From an uncultured Gammaproteobacteria bacterium (GTDB lineage: Bacteria; Patescibacteriota; Patescibacteriia; UBA9934): DNA of 64,000 bases. Location: positions 1,628 to 65,627 of the forward strand of contig CAZREA010000004.1 of assembly GCA_964599455.1 (NCBI GenBank). The letters are read 5' to 3'. The translations under genes were made by a program, and so were the position numbers. Within the stretch, counting starts at the first letter, position 1; each line of letters opens with the position of its first letter. Positions 45,097-54,806 of this stretch are shown here, piece by piece. The notes below the pieces were generated by a model that saw only the letters and a list, made by a program, of their open reading frames with translations, made no database searches and was not told where the DNA came from.

Positions 45097-45159
45097 GTTC
45101 ACCTCATTTTGATTGAGTGAAATTTAGGATACGAAGCAATCAATCAGTATAATAAAAAT

Positions 45160-45400
45160 GCTGCTTCGTCAACGGAAGTGGATGATTTTTGCAAAAAGAG
45201 AAAAAAGAGGTAAACAGTACGCGTTTAGCGCTTGCCTTGGCGGGCGTTAAGCTGGACGGAGTCTGGAGAGGTCCAATACCGTTTCGGCGGGATTCTTGTT
45301 GGATTTTTCTGGCGGACAGGGAATTTCTTCCTGTTCGTTTTAACACGGACTCCGTCCTTCATCTTTCTCGGGCCACTCTTCGGAGCGGCCCTTCTTATTT
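45160..45400 (+). ncRNA. candidate small structured RNA (~240 nt), class unknown
   Basis: TTAGGA-N18-TATAAT upstream; 8-bp stem ACGGAGTC..GACTCCGT encloses ~95 nt; ends GGGCCACTCttcgGAGCGGCCC plus T-run. Confidence 0.25.
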
Positions 45401-46384
45401 TGCCAAATGCAGCCCCATTCGTTTTTTGACAACGCGAATCTTTTCGTTCGCGATCTCATTCGCCCGCGCACTTCCCTCGGCGACAATTTTTTCAAGTTCG
45501 TCCGGATGCTTGAGATAATCGTTAATTTTTTCTTGGATCGGTTGCAAATACAAGACGAGCGCCTCGGCAACATCTTCTTTTAAATCTTTCATGCCCTTAC
45601 CTTCGTAGTCTTTGACGACTTTTTCAGCAGAGCGGTGGGTCGCAAGACCAAGAAGGGTGAGGAGATTTTTCACACCCGGACGTTCGTCATCAAGGGTGAC
45701 CGTCGCGAGCGAATCTGTGACCGCTGATTTGATTTTTTTGCGAATCACTTCAGCCTCGTCCATGATGGAAATATAATTCTTTTCCGATGATGCACTTTTG
45801 CTCATCTTTTTCATCGGATCATCAAGACCGAGAATTCGTGCTCCTTCTTTGCGGATTACTGGCTGTGGTACGACAAACGTTTCGCCGAAATCGCGATTAA
45901 ATCGTTCGGCTAAGTCGCGAGCAAGTTCGACGTGTTGTTTTTGATCAGCACCTACGGGCACCGCATCGGTGTCATAAAGCAAAATGTCCGCCGCCATAAG
46001 AATAGGATACGTGAGTAATCCTACCGATACATTCTCTCCCTTCACCTTACTCTTATCTTTAAATTGCGTCATACGTTCGGCTTCACCAATACGACAAACG
46101 CATTGTAAAAGCCAGGCAAGTTCTGCATGCGCCGGCACGAGTGATTGTTGAAAAAAGAGTGACTTTTTTTGATCGATGCCTGCGGCAAGATAGGTTGCCG
46201 CGGCAAAGGCGATGTTATGCGGAAGCTTTGCAGGATCTTGTGCAACGGTAAGCGCATGAAGATCAACGATCATGATGCGTACATCGTAGTCTTTTTGCAT
46301 CTCTACTGCAGGCAAAAGTGCGCCAAAATAGTTGCCGACATGAAGAAGGTTTGTGGGTTGAATTCCAGTAAGAGCTCGTTTCAT
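45395..46384 (-). CDS. trpS: tryptophan--tRNA ligase (start moved to 'MKRALTGIQP')
   Basis: 'TGIQPTNLLHVGNY' HIGH-type region; 'KMSKS'. Confidence 0.85.
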   Translation of the reverse strand: MKRALTGIQPTNLLHVGNYFGALLPAVEMQKDYDVRIMIVDLHALTVAQDPAKLPHNIAFAAATYLAAGIDQKKSLFFQQSLVPAHAELAWLLQCVCRIGEAERMTQFKDKSKVKGENVSVGLLTYPILMAADILLYDTDAVPVGADQKQHVELARDLAERFNRDFGETFVVPQPVIRKEGARILGLDDPMKKMSKSASSEKNYISIMDEAEVIRKKIKSAVTDSLATVTLDDERPGVKNLLTLLGLATHRSAEKVVKDYEGKGMKDLKEDVAEALVLYLQPIQEKINDYLKHPDELEKIVAEGSARANEIANEKIRVVKKRMGLHLAK

Positions 46385-46427
46385 AGATAGGTACAGATTT
46401 ACACAGATCGAGAAGAGAGTAAACAGA

Positions 46428-46832
46428 TTACCAGTGTTTCCGATCATTGGTATAAATAATTCTTCGAAAATAAAGAGACATCATACCAAAATTCAAGAGG
46501 TAACCTAATTCATAACCTGTCACTTTAAGATAATCTCTCAATTGCGTTTCGTGAATTTTTACGGAATATTTTGTTGCCTTCATCTCAAGAATAATTTTAT
46601 CCGAGATAAGAAAGTCTGGCTGATACCAACCTAATCTTTTTTTCGTATCCACGGAATAAACGGGGATTTTTGGTTGATTTACGTAAGGAATTTTATGAAG
46701 CTCTAATTTTTCTTGAAATGCTCTCTCATAAATAACTTCTTTATGGGCAGATCCATATGAGTTATGAACGTCTATAGCAATACCAATAATTGCATGGCTA
46801 AGTTCTGGATGAAGATTTACAGAGGTATTCAT
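46428..46832 (-). CDS. GxxExxY-like protein (PD-(D/E)xK superfamily), internal start
   Basis: 'ELSHAIIGIAIDVHNSYGSAHKEVIYERAF..DFLI..IILEMKA' pattern. Confidence 0.5.
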   Translation of the reverse strand: MNTSVNLHPELSHAIIGIAIDVHNSYGSAHKEVIYERAFQEKLELHKIPYVNQPKIPVYSVDTKKRLGWYQPDFLISDKIILEMKATKYSVKIHETQLRDYLKVTGYELGYLLNFGMMSLYFRRIIYTNDRKHW

Positions 46833-46914
46833 GAAGAGGAGTATAACAAAAAGACCCCGAGTTCGTCGGAGTCTTTTGTGATCTGTCATTATTTTTTTGA
46901 TCTGTGTAAATCTG

Positions 46915-48792
46915 TTATACCTCAATAATCACCGGCAGAATCATCGGTCGTCGTTCCGTCTGTTGGAACAAGAATTTTCCGAGCTCCTCACGAATCGTGG
47001 TTTTTACTTGGTCGGGATCAAGTGGAGTGGAGGGAGTAGAATCTTTCAACGCCTTTGCCAAATGGAAACGCATTTTGTTCACGAATTCTTTGTTCTCCTT
47101 CATCTGAATAAAGCCACGACTAATGATGTCGGGTTCAGTAATAAGGGCACCGGTCTTTTGTTCGAATTGCGCAATGACAACGAGCATACCATCTTCAGCC
47201 ATCGCTTGACGATCGCGAAGAACAACTTGGGAAATATCTCCTACACCCAGTCCATCGACATACACATGATCAACAGGCACTTTTTCGTTGGTCATGTGTG
47301 CTTCGCCGAATGGCGATCCCGCTTTGGGGGGAAGAATTTCGATAATCTGTCCATTGTCTGCAACGAAGACGTTTTCTTCGCTCCATCCCATCGAATAGGC
47401 AACATCAGCATTTTCACGCAATAAAAAGTGGTTGCCTTCAATCGGCATGTAGTACTTTGGTTTAAAGAGCGCGATCATGAGTTTGATGTCCTCTTTTTTT
47501 GCATGACCTCCGGCGTGAACGTCCATGAGATCTTTGTGAATGACACGTGCGCGCTTGCGATACAGAAGATCTTTGAGGCGCTGTACGGAAGCCTCATTTC
47601 CCGGAATAACTGAGCTTGAGAAAATAAGTGTGTCATCCTGATCGAGACGAATAAAGCGGTGTTCATCATTGGCAATACGTGAAAGTGCCGCATTTTTTTC
47701 ACCCTGCGCACCTGTACAGATAACGGTAATTTTTTCGGGAGGGTAATTATTCACTTGTTCAATTGGAATAATATTTTTTTCTGCTACTTTAATAAATCCA
47801 AGTTCTTTGGCGATTTCGACGTTGGTTTTCATGGAATACCCATCGAGAGCGATTTTTCGTCCACAGCGCTCGGAAATTTCCATGATCTGTTTCACGCGGG
47901 ATAAGAGTGAAGCGAAGGTAGCGATAATCACGCGACCTTTGGCCTTTTCAATAATGCCCTGCAGTTCTTCGCCAATAATTTTCTCAGATTTTTGATGGCC
48001 AGGATGCTCAGCATTGGTGGAATCTCCCATGAGCAGTGTAACGCCCTGTTCGCCAAGGCGAGCCATTTTATGAAAATCTGCAGGTGCTTCCCCGACAGGA
48101 TGGAAGTCATACTTCCAATCTCCGGTGTGCGAAATGATGCCGTTAGGTGTTTCGACCACAATTCCTGCAGCGTCGGGGATATTGTGATTGATGTTGAAAA
48201 AGTGCACTTTAAAAACACCAAGTTGGAGCGTTGTTTCGATGGAAATGGTTTTAACGGTAACCTGAGATTCGGGAAAATCTGTTTGTCGCTTTTTGATAAT
48301 ACCGGCCGCCATTGGAAGGGCGTAGACGGTGGGATTTCCAATTTTTGGAAGTACATGCGGAATAGCGCCGATGTGATCGTAGTGACCATGGGTAATAATC
48401 ACGCCACGGATATTTTTTTCTTTTCCGCGAAGATACGACATGTTCGGGATGAGGTAGTCAACGCCAGGCATTTCTTCGGTGGGGAACATGAGTCCCATGT
48501 CGATGAGAATGATGTCGTTTTTATACTCGATGAGTGTACAGTTGATGCCGACTTCTTCAAGTCCACCTAAAACGATGACACGAACTTTGTCATCGGTGGG
48601 TGCGGGATAGAGCGTGGGAGCATTATTGTGCTCGGTGCTCACAAGTGGGGCATTTGGACCGCGTTGTTTAGAGGCGCGGAAGTTTCCGCGAGCAAATGAT
48701 GGGCGTTTGCCTTGGGGTGCACCTGCGGCCGGAGCAGCACGATGCGGTTGTGAGAATGGTTTAAAATTTCCCATAACAGTGAAATTAAGCAC
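46915..48792 (-). CDS. rnj: ribonuclease J
   Basis: Metallo-beta-lactamase 'ITHGHYDHIGA', beta-CASP and C-terminal domain; basic N-terminal extension. Confidence 0.85.
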   Translation of the reverse strand: MLNFTVMGNFKPFSQPHRAAPAAGAPQGKRPSFARGNFRASKQRGPNAPLVSTEHNNAPTLYPAPTDDKVRVIVLGGLEEVGINCTLIEYKNDIILIDMGLMFPTEEMPGVDYLIPNMSYLRGKEKNIRGVIITHGHYDHIGAIPHVLPKIGNPTVYALPMAAGIIKKRQTDFPESQVTVKTISIETTLQLGVFKVHFFNINHNIPDAAGIVVETPNGIISHTGDWKYDFHPVGEAPADFHKMARLGEQGVTLLMGDSTNAEHPGHQKSEKIIGEELQGIIEKAKGRVIIATFASLLSRVKQIMEISERCGRKIALDGYSMKTNVEIAKELGFIKVAEKNIIPIEQVNNYPPEKITVICTGAQGEKNAALSRIANDEHRFIRLDQDDTLIFSSSVIPGNEASVQRLKDLLYRKRARVIHKDLMDVHAGGHAKKEDIKLMIALFKPKYYMPIEGNHFLLRENADVAYSMGWSEENVFVADNGQIIEILPPKAGSPFGEAHMTNEKVPVDHVYVDGLGVGDISQVVLRDRQAMAEDGMLVVIAQFEQKTGALITEPDIISRGFIQMKENKEFVNKMRFHLAKALKDSTPSTPLDPDQVKTTIREELGKFLFQQTERRPMILPVIIEV

Positions 48793-49045
48793 AGGACTTT
48801 CGAAAGAACGTGATTTGTCGATAAAAACGGCTAACCGTTTTTATCGCTATGTTTCGAGATTCGAAAATTCTGATCTGAAATAATAAGTTCAAAATTTCAA
48901 AACGAATTTGAGATTTTAAATTTAGTATTTAGAGCTGTAGAAAAAAGAAAGGGAAGGTGTTTGGAATAAGAATGGTGAGAGCGAAGATATGGGATCTCTT
49001 TATTTTTTCACTGACTAGGCGCCGGCGATAGCGAACGGAAGGTAG

Positions 49046-49170
49046 CAGAACCTTTTAAAATGATTCAGGCCTAGGAGGCTACACGACGCAGGCCGAGACG
49101 TACTGCAGACGTACGTTGAGGCCGAGTCGAGTGTCGCCGACAACGGCATGGAGCATTTTAAAAGGTTCTG
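49046..49170. repeat. R2 repeat copy a, enclosed by a perfect 17-bp inverted repeat, abutting tRNA-Leu 3' end
   Basis: CAGAACCTTTTAAAATG / CATTTTAAAAGGTTCTG flank a core ~85% identical to R2b with ACGTAC-N7-GTACGT. Confidence 0.65.
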
Positions 49171-49172
49171 TC

Positions 49173-49259
49173 TGGTGCGGATGGAGGGACTTGAACCCTC
49201 AAGGTGTCACCACCACAGGCTTCTGAGACCTGCGCGTATGCCAATTCCGCCACATCCGC
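49173..49259 (-). tRNA. tRNA-Leu (anticodon CAG), long variable arm, CCA encoded
   Basis: Anticodon loop ctCAGaa, long extra arm, T-arm GGTTCAAGTCC. Confidence 0.85.
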
Positions 49260-49321
49260 CTGTTGGACATCGCGTCCAAAAATCATCATGAACAATACCA
49301 GATCCTCCCTTTTGGGTCAAT

Positions 49322-51019
49322 TTACTTCAGAATGCGCTTGGTTTTGAGATACCAGGCTTCGATAGGAGCGAAACGATCAGCGGGCGTGGAAAGACTGTGC
49401 AGGGGACTGGTGGTAAGGCGAGGAGGAAGGAGAAGGGCAAAAGGCGATTGGTAGAAGAAAATTGCCGGTGTTTGTGCGAGGATTTCTTGTGTTAATGCGG
49501 TATAGGCCTGCGTACGTGTTTCGGGATTTGACGAGGAGCGCAGAGCAGTGACGGCTTCATCGATCACCTTTGAAGAGAACTGCGTGATGTTCAGTCCAGA
49601 GCCGCTTGTTTGCGAGGAATGCCAAAATGGATAGGGGTCAGCAATGGCACCGTAGCGTTCGGCGGTTAACAGTACATCGAAATTGCGTTCTTTAATCAGC
49701 GACAAAAGTGTGGCGTCATCGACGGTTGAAACTTGTACCGAGATACCGAGTGCCGACCAGGTTTCTTTCATTTTTTCTGTAAGCAGTTCGTACTCGGGAA
49801 TGTGTGAACTTAAAATCGTCAGTGATAAGGTGGTGGTATTTTTTGCACGCACTCCCTGTTCATTGAGTTTCCATCCCGCTTCATCCAAAAGTGTTGCTGC
49901 TTGCACGGGATCGGCTCCAGTTAATGGGGATGACGAAAATCCGGGTAAGCCGAAGGTGATGGCCTGTGCCATGTTTTGTGTCGCGTGCGCGGTAATGGAC
50001 GATCGATCAAGTGCAAGTGCGAGAGCTTTACGCACTTCTGCTTGTGCAAGTACATCGCGCTTCGTATTGAAAAATGCACCAACGTATTGGGTTAAGCTTG
50101 GGGTTTGGAGAGTGAAATCATTTTGCGCCAATATTTTAGCGGTTGTGATGTCTAATCCCGCTGCGCTCGTGACATATTTATTTTTTACGGCTTCGGTTAA
50201 TGAAAAGATGTCGGGGAAGAACTTGACGGTAATTTCTTTCATGTATGGCACTTGATGATAGCTTTCTTGATTGGAGTACAGAGTGACGCTACGTAGTGAT
50301 CCGCGTGAATCCTTGCTCAATTTTCCAAAGGTATAAGGGCCCGAACCAATCGGCTTAATGTTGAGTGGTGCTAACTTGGCATTGCTGGGTGCGATATCCG
50401 CCCACAAATGGGAAGGCAAGATGCCTGTTGTCAACAAAGAAGGAAACGCTGCGTAAGGTTCGGTGAGGGTAAATGTAAATGTTTGGTCATCAATTGCAGC
50501 GAGAGTAACTTTGCTAAATGCATCAAAAAGTGGGCTGCCAAAAGCGGGATCTTGAATAGCTTGAAAAGTGAAGAGGACATCCTGCAAGGTTACCGGTTCA
50601 TGATCGTGCCATTTTGCATCTGCGCGCAAGGTGAGGGTGTACACCTTGCCATCTTCACTTATGCTAAAACTGGAGGCAAGATCAGGAATAAAGGTTGCTT
50701 GGTCGGGATCAAAACGTAAAAGGCCACTAAAAACAAGTGCGGTTAAATCTTGATCAACATCGTTGGAAAGGGCATACAAGGGATTGATAAGTTGGGGATA
50801 ACCCACTACACCCTCAACGAGATTGCCACCCGAACTGGGCACGGGCATGGTTATTTCTTGCAGTGCACCAATGCTAAGAAAAAAGATTCCTAATACGGTT
50901 GCTGCGAAAGCTCCACGAAAGAGTTTTTGTTCCTTTGTCGATAAAATGTTGCCGAGCATCCGCCACTGTTGCCATGAGGGTAGTGAGTGGAGGGATTTTG
51001 CAGCAGCTAATTGACGCAT
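49322..51019 (-). CDS. ABC transporter substrate-binding protein, family 5 (peptide/nickel type)
   Basis: N-terminal TM/signal; SBP_bac_5-like length and motifs. Confidence 0.65.
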   Translation of the reverse strand: MRQLAAAKSLHSLPSWQQWRMLGNILSTKEQKLFRGAFAATVLGIFFLSIGALQEITMPVPSSGGNLVEGVVGYPQLINPLYALSNDVDQDLTALVFSGLLRFDPDQATFIPDLASSFSISEDGKVYTLTLRADAKWHDHEPVTLQDVLFTFQAIQDPAFGSPLFDAFSKVTLAAIDDQTFTFTLTEPYAAFPSLLTTGILPSHLWADIAPSNAKLAPLNIKPIGSGPYTFGKLSKDSRGSLRSVTLYSNQESYHQVPYMKEITVKFFPDIFSLTEAVKNKYVTSAAGLDITTAKILAQNDFTLQTPSLTQYVGAFFNTKRDVLAQAEVRKALALALDRSSITAHATQNMAQAITFGLPGFSSSPLTGADPVQAATLLDEAGWKLNEQGVRAKNTTTLSLTILSSHIPEYELLTEKMKETWSALGISVQVSTVDDATLLSLIKERNFDVLLTAERYGAIADPYPFWHSSQTSGSGLNITQFSSKVIDEAVTALRSSSNPETRTQAYTALTQEILAQTPAIFFYQSPFALLLPPRLTTSPLHSLSTPADRFAPIEAWYLKTKRILK

Positions 51020-51113
51020 GGCGAAACGCTCACTCGAAAGGGTGGTCGAGCGTCGTGAACGAAAAAATGTGCGCAGGCGTTGAAGTATAGAGAGAATGCT
51101 TACTGCTCAAGGT

Positions 51114-51329
51114 TTACCAGGCAAAAAGCATGTTCAGCGCGCCGGCAACAAAGAAAAGGACAGCAACGACAATGGTAAAAATATGCAGACCGCGTTCGAT
51201 GCCGCGACGCGTGCGATACATGCTGCCATCGCCGCCAAAGGCAAGGCCAGCGTCACTGCCTCGAGCTTGCAATAAAATCCCTCCACATAACAAGAGTGCA
51301 AAAATGACCAAAAGAATGTCGAGAATCAT
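51114..51329 (-). CDS. secG: preprotein translocase subunit SecG (internal start)
   Basis: Two TM helices; 'LLQARGSDAGLAFGGDGSMYRTRRG' SecG pattern. Confidence 0.6.
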   Translation of the reverse strand: MILDILLVIFALLLCGGILLQARGSDAGLAFGGDGSMYRTRRGIERGLHIFTIVVAVLFFVAGALNMLFAW

Positions 51330-51576
51330 ATCGCCGAGAGCATAGCAAGAAACCCGAAAAAAGTGAAATAAGAGAGGTGGGTCTAGCTGGGCTAGGACGT
51401 AGGTGGAGGCGAAGGGATGAACAGACCCTGACTCTGAGCGAAGCGAAGAGGAAGGGCCTAGAAAAATTTCTGCGTAACACAATCGTTTACGAGACCTTTC
51501 CTAACGTCAGGGTCTTTTTGCTCCTTATCTTGTTCAGCTTGTCCGCTCCTTCAGTGCTATACTGTTTATATCTGCT

Positions 51577-52344
51577 ATGGAACAGGATGCTACACCTATT
51601 GAGCGCGAAGTTTCATCCCATGAAGTGGCTCATCGCCCTTCTTGGACGAAAATTTTGGCAACGATCGTGTTGTGCGGTGTCATTGCGCTTGTGCTTTCTT
51701 TTTCTTGGAAGGTGTTTGCCTACTATCAAGAGATTAAAAATGGCACGTTAGATCCTAACCTCGGCACCTTTTCCTCAACAACCATCAGTGCTGATCGCTT
51801 ACAGCTACTTGCACAAAGTGCTCCGGGGAGCGGTATGTTGGCAACTGCAGACGATCCTTCGCTCGGGATAGCTGACGCCGCGGTCACTATCGTGGCTTTT
51901 GCAGATTTTGGTTGTCCCTATTCGCAAGAAGAAAGCTATATTTTGCGCGCAATCACCAAAGCCTTTCCTGAAGATGTGCGAGTAATCTACCGAGATTTTC
52001 CTTTAATTGAACTCCATCCAGGCGCTGACCTGGCGGCACAAGCTGCTGAGTGTGCATCTGAGCAGGGGAAATTTGGGGAGATGTATGATGAGCTGTATCG
52101 TAATCCTCCCGAGTTTACGGCGGAAGATCTTGAAGCAACGGCGCTGTCGTTGGGCTTAGATGGGAATGTATACAAAAAGTGCATGGCGTCCGGGTATTAT
52201 CAGGAGGAAGTGGCGCAAGACATTGCTGATGGTGTGGCTGCGGGCGTAACCGGTACCCCAACCTTGTTTATTAATGGAATTAAAGTTGAAGGTGCAATGC
52301 CGTATGGAGTTCTTACCCAAGTTGTTACTGCCATGGTTCCGTAA
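51577..52344 (+). CDS. membrane-anchored DsbA-family thioredoxin-fold protein with CPYS (CxxS) active site
   Basis: TM helix; 'FADFGCPYSQ' at the DsbA active-site position with Ser replacing the second Cys. Confidence 0.6.
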   Translation: MEQDATPIEREVSSHEVAHRPSWTKILATIVLCGVIALVLSFSWKVFAYYQEIKNGTLDPNLGTFSSTTISADRLQLLAQSAPGSGMLATADDPSLGIADAAVTIVAFADFGCPYSQEESYILRAITKAFPEDVRVIYRDFPLIELHPGADLAAQAAECASEQGKFGEMYDELYRNPPEFTAEDLEATALSLGLDGNVYKKCMASGYYQEEVAQDIADGVAAGVTGTPTLFINGIKVEGAMPYGVLTQVVTAMVP

Positions 52345-53803
52345 AGCGGCGCTCATTGGCGTTATTTTTCTTTTTGCATTGCCAGGAAAAGCGCAGGCCG
52401 CAGATACGTGTACCTGTTTTTGTGGTAATAACGAATTGGGTGCCGTGGAGTCGGTAACCTATGACTCGGCGGCTGATTGCGCGAAGAGTTGTCGGGATGC
52501 GGGAACATTGTATGTCGGATGTTTTACGAATGAAACCTATTTTCCAGAAAATAGCGACTTGTGTTGGACTGAGATGGAATGCGAAAGTCATCCAATTGAA
52601 GTTGCCGGTAAAACGTATTATGGAAGCTGGACTTCCCAGTCTCCGTACTGTAGTAAAAAACCGATAACCGGTGCGGAGATGGGGTATTGTTATGGTCCGT
52701 TGAGACCCATTACCCTTTCGGTTCCCATTTTTGGCACAACGGAAATTGGTGATTTAGGGCAGTACGTCAATCTTCTGTACACGTATGCGATACCGATCGC
52801 TGCGCTGATCGCCGTTCTGTTGTTTATGATTGCGGGGTTTCAATACATGACCGCAGGTGGTGATAAGAAAGGGGTGACGCAGGCAAAAGAGCGCATGAAA
52901 AATACGGTCATTGGTCTCATCTTACTTTTATCAGTTTACGCCATCGCTAATTTCCTCGATCCTCGCTTGGTACGGTTTACCTCTCTGCGCCCACCATTGA
53001 TTAAAGAAGCGGTGCTTATTGATGCGCAAACAACCTGCGAAGCCATGCAGGAGTATGGATATACCATTCAACCTACCTCGGGTTCTTGTGGTAATAAGGG
53101 AACAATTGTCGATGATGATGGCGTGCAGGGGAATATTGCCAATCCACCCGATATGGGAGACACCTGTACATTTAGTGCATGTTCGGAAAGCGGGAAAGCC
53201 TGTGCATTGAATTCGGATGGAAGCGGTGGCGTTTGTGTGGCGTGTAATCAAATCTCCTCTAACTCGGTTACGGTTTCTGTCACGCCATCTACCGCGACAT
53301 GCAAGGGTATCGCAAAGACTGCTGATACTAATGATCGTAATGATCTGCACGTCTACTCTTGTTACTATGATGATGATTTGTTAGGAAGTGACGAGTGTGT
53401 ACAGCTCTATACTTCCGGTGAAAATTATATAAATTGCGCCGAACTGTATGGGTATATGGAAACAACGGCGTGGGGTGAAGATGGGTGTGATGCCTATGAA
53501 AAATTGAACGCAGATTCGTATGGCCTAAACACCGACGGAACACTGTCGGCGATGTTTATGGCGGGCAGCGCCGATGAGATTGGTGATTTTGAAGAAGTAT
53601 TCCAGAGACTATGCGAGGATGATCCGTGCAAAATGGCGGAAAAAAGTGGGCAGAACAGTTGTGTGTTTCAAGTGACTGACAGTTTAACGAATAGTGCATT
53701 ATCTTCGCTTCCCGGCGTTACGGGAATGTTTGCCTCTTATGTCATTGATCAGAATTTAAACTGTATCGGACAAAAGACACTTGATGCATCAGGATCTGAG
53801 TAA
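52304..53803 (+). CDS. secreted cysteine-rich protein (~28 Cys) with central pair of TM helices (VirB2/TrbC-pilin-like hairpin)
   Basis: Signal peptide; two Cys-rich extracytoplasmic domains; 'IAALIAVLLFMIAGFQYMTAGGDKKG..VIGLILLLSVYAIANFL'. Confidence 0.5.
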   Translation: MEFLPKLLLPWFRKAALIGVIFLFALPGKAQAADTCTCFCGNNELGAVESVTYDSAADCAKSCRDAGTLYVGCFTNETYFPENSDLCWTEMECESHPIEVAGKTYYGSWTSQSPYCSKKPITGAEMGYCYGPLRPITLSVPIFGTTEIGDLGQYVNLLYTYAIPIAALIAVLLFMIAGFQYMTAGGDKKGVTQAKERMKNTVIGLILLLSVYAIANFLDPRLVRFTSLRPPLIKEAVLIDAQTTCEAMQEYGYTIQPTSGSCGNKGTIVDDDGVQGNIANPPDMGDTCTFSACSESGKACALNSDGSGGVCVACNQISSNSVTVSVTPSTATCKGIAKTADTNDRNDLHVYSCYYDDDLLGSDECVQLYTSGENYINCAELYGYMETTAWGEDGCDAYEKLNADSYGLNTDGTLSAMFMAGSADEIGDFEEVFQRLCEDDPCKMAEKSGQNSCVFQVTDSLTNSALSSLPGVTGMFASYVIDQNLNCIGQKTLDASGSE

Positions 53804-53804
53804 A

Positions 53805-53838
53805 CAAAAAAATCCGACCTGTATGGCCGGATTTTTTA
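53805..53838. terminator. bidirectional intrinsic terminator
   Basis: A-run ATCCGACCtgtatGGCCGGAT T-run. Confidence 0.55.
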
Positions 53839-54189
53839 TTACTTCTTTTTGATGATTACTTCTTTTAATTTGCGAGCGAAGTCTTTCACGAAGGTAAGTT
53901 TGGCGCGACGGACACGATAGGTTTTGACGAGTTCGATCTTATCGATAGAAGGAGAATGAACCGGGAAGATTTTTTCTACGCCAAATCCATCAGTTTCTTT
54001 GCGGATGGTAAAGGTGCGCGAAGTGCCTGCACCACGAACGGCAAGAACCAAGCCTTCAAATACCTGAATGCGTTCACGTTTTTCACCCTTGGCGCTAATG
54101 TCTTGCACCTTTTCGTGAATGCGCAACATTTGACCAGAAGTGATATCAGCGGGGGTGATAACCGCGTATTCTTTGTTGTTTTGTGCCAT
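53839..54189 (-). CDS. rplS: 50S ribosomal protein L19 (internal start)
   Basis: 'RVRRAKL' and L19 body. Confidence 0.85.
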   Translation of the reverse strand: MAQNNKEYAVITPADITSGQMLRIHEKVQDISAKGEKRERIQVFEGLVLAVRGAGTSRTFTIRKETDGFGVEKIFPVHSPSIDKIELVKTYRVRRAKLTFVKDFARKLKEVIIKKK

Positions 54190-54248
54190 AGAAGAGAGGG
54201 GAATTGCCCAAAAGAATGGGCGAATAGTAGCCAAATTGCCTATCGGCG

Positions 54249-54806
54249 TCAAGCTTCGACGGGGATATGGGCTAAAATTTGCTCAAGAACTTCCTTTGGA
54301 GTCAGTGAGGTAGTGTCGATAACCAGGTCGTAATGGGTGATATCAAGGAAATCGACGCCGTACCATTGTTGGAGTCGTTTTTGGTTTTGGGCGACGCGTG
54401 CGGCGATGGCCTGAGCCGCATCTTCGACTGATGCATAGAGTCGTTCATCTTGTCGGGATTTTCCTTCAGATTGCTGCTCGGTAAAGATTCGCCGTGCTCC
54501 TTCGAACGGATCGATCGTTAAGAATACTTTAAAACTCTGAGGAATAAAATGCCATGACATCCAGCCGTCGATGATAAAGTTGTCTTCTTTTTCTCCTAAC
54601 TCTTTCTGGAATACATCGACAAGTTGGTCGCTGGTAGGATCGTACATTCCCTGGGCATTCAGTTCATCAATGGTCATGCCGTGCTCCAGGGCATATTTTC
54701 CGCGCAGGTCTCCCATGCCATAGGATTTCCATCCTACTGTTTCGGCTAGGAGTTTTTTGATCGTACTTTTGCCAGCACCTGCCAATCCACCCAGACTGAT
54801 AATCAT
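54249..54806 (-). CDS. cytidylate kinase-like P-loop NMP kinase
   Basis: 'ISLGGLAGAGKST' Walker A. Confidence 0.5.
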   Translation of the reverse strand: MIISLGGLAGAGKSTIKKLLAETVGWKSYGMGDLRGKYALEHGMTIDELNAQGMYDPTSDQLVDVFQKELGEKEDNFIIDGWMSWHFIPQSFKVFLTIDPFEGARRIFTEQQSEGKSRQDERLYASVEDAAQAIAARVAQNQKRLQQWYGVDFLDITHYDLVIDTTSLTPKEVLEQILAHIPVEA

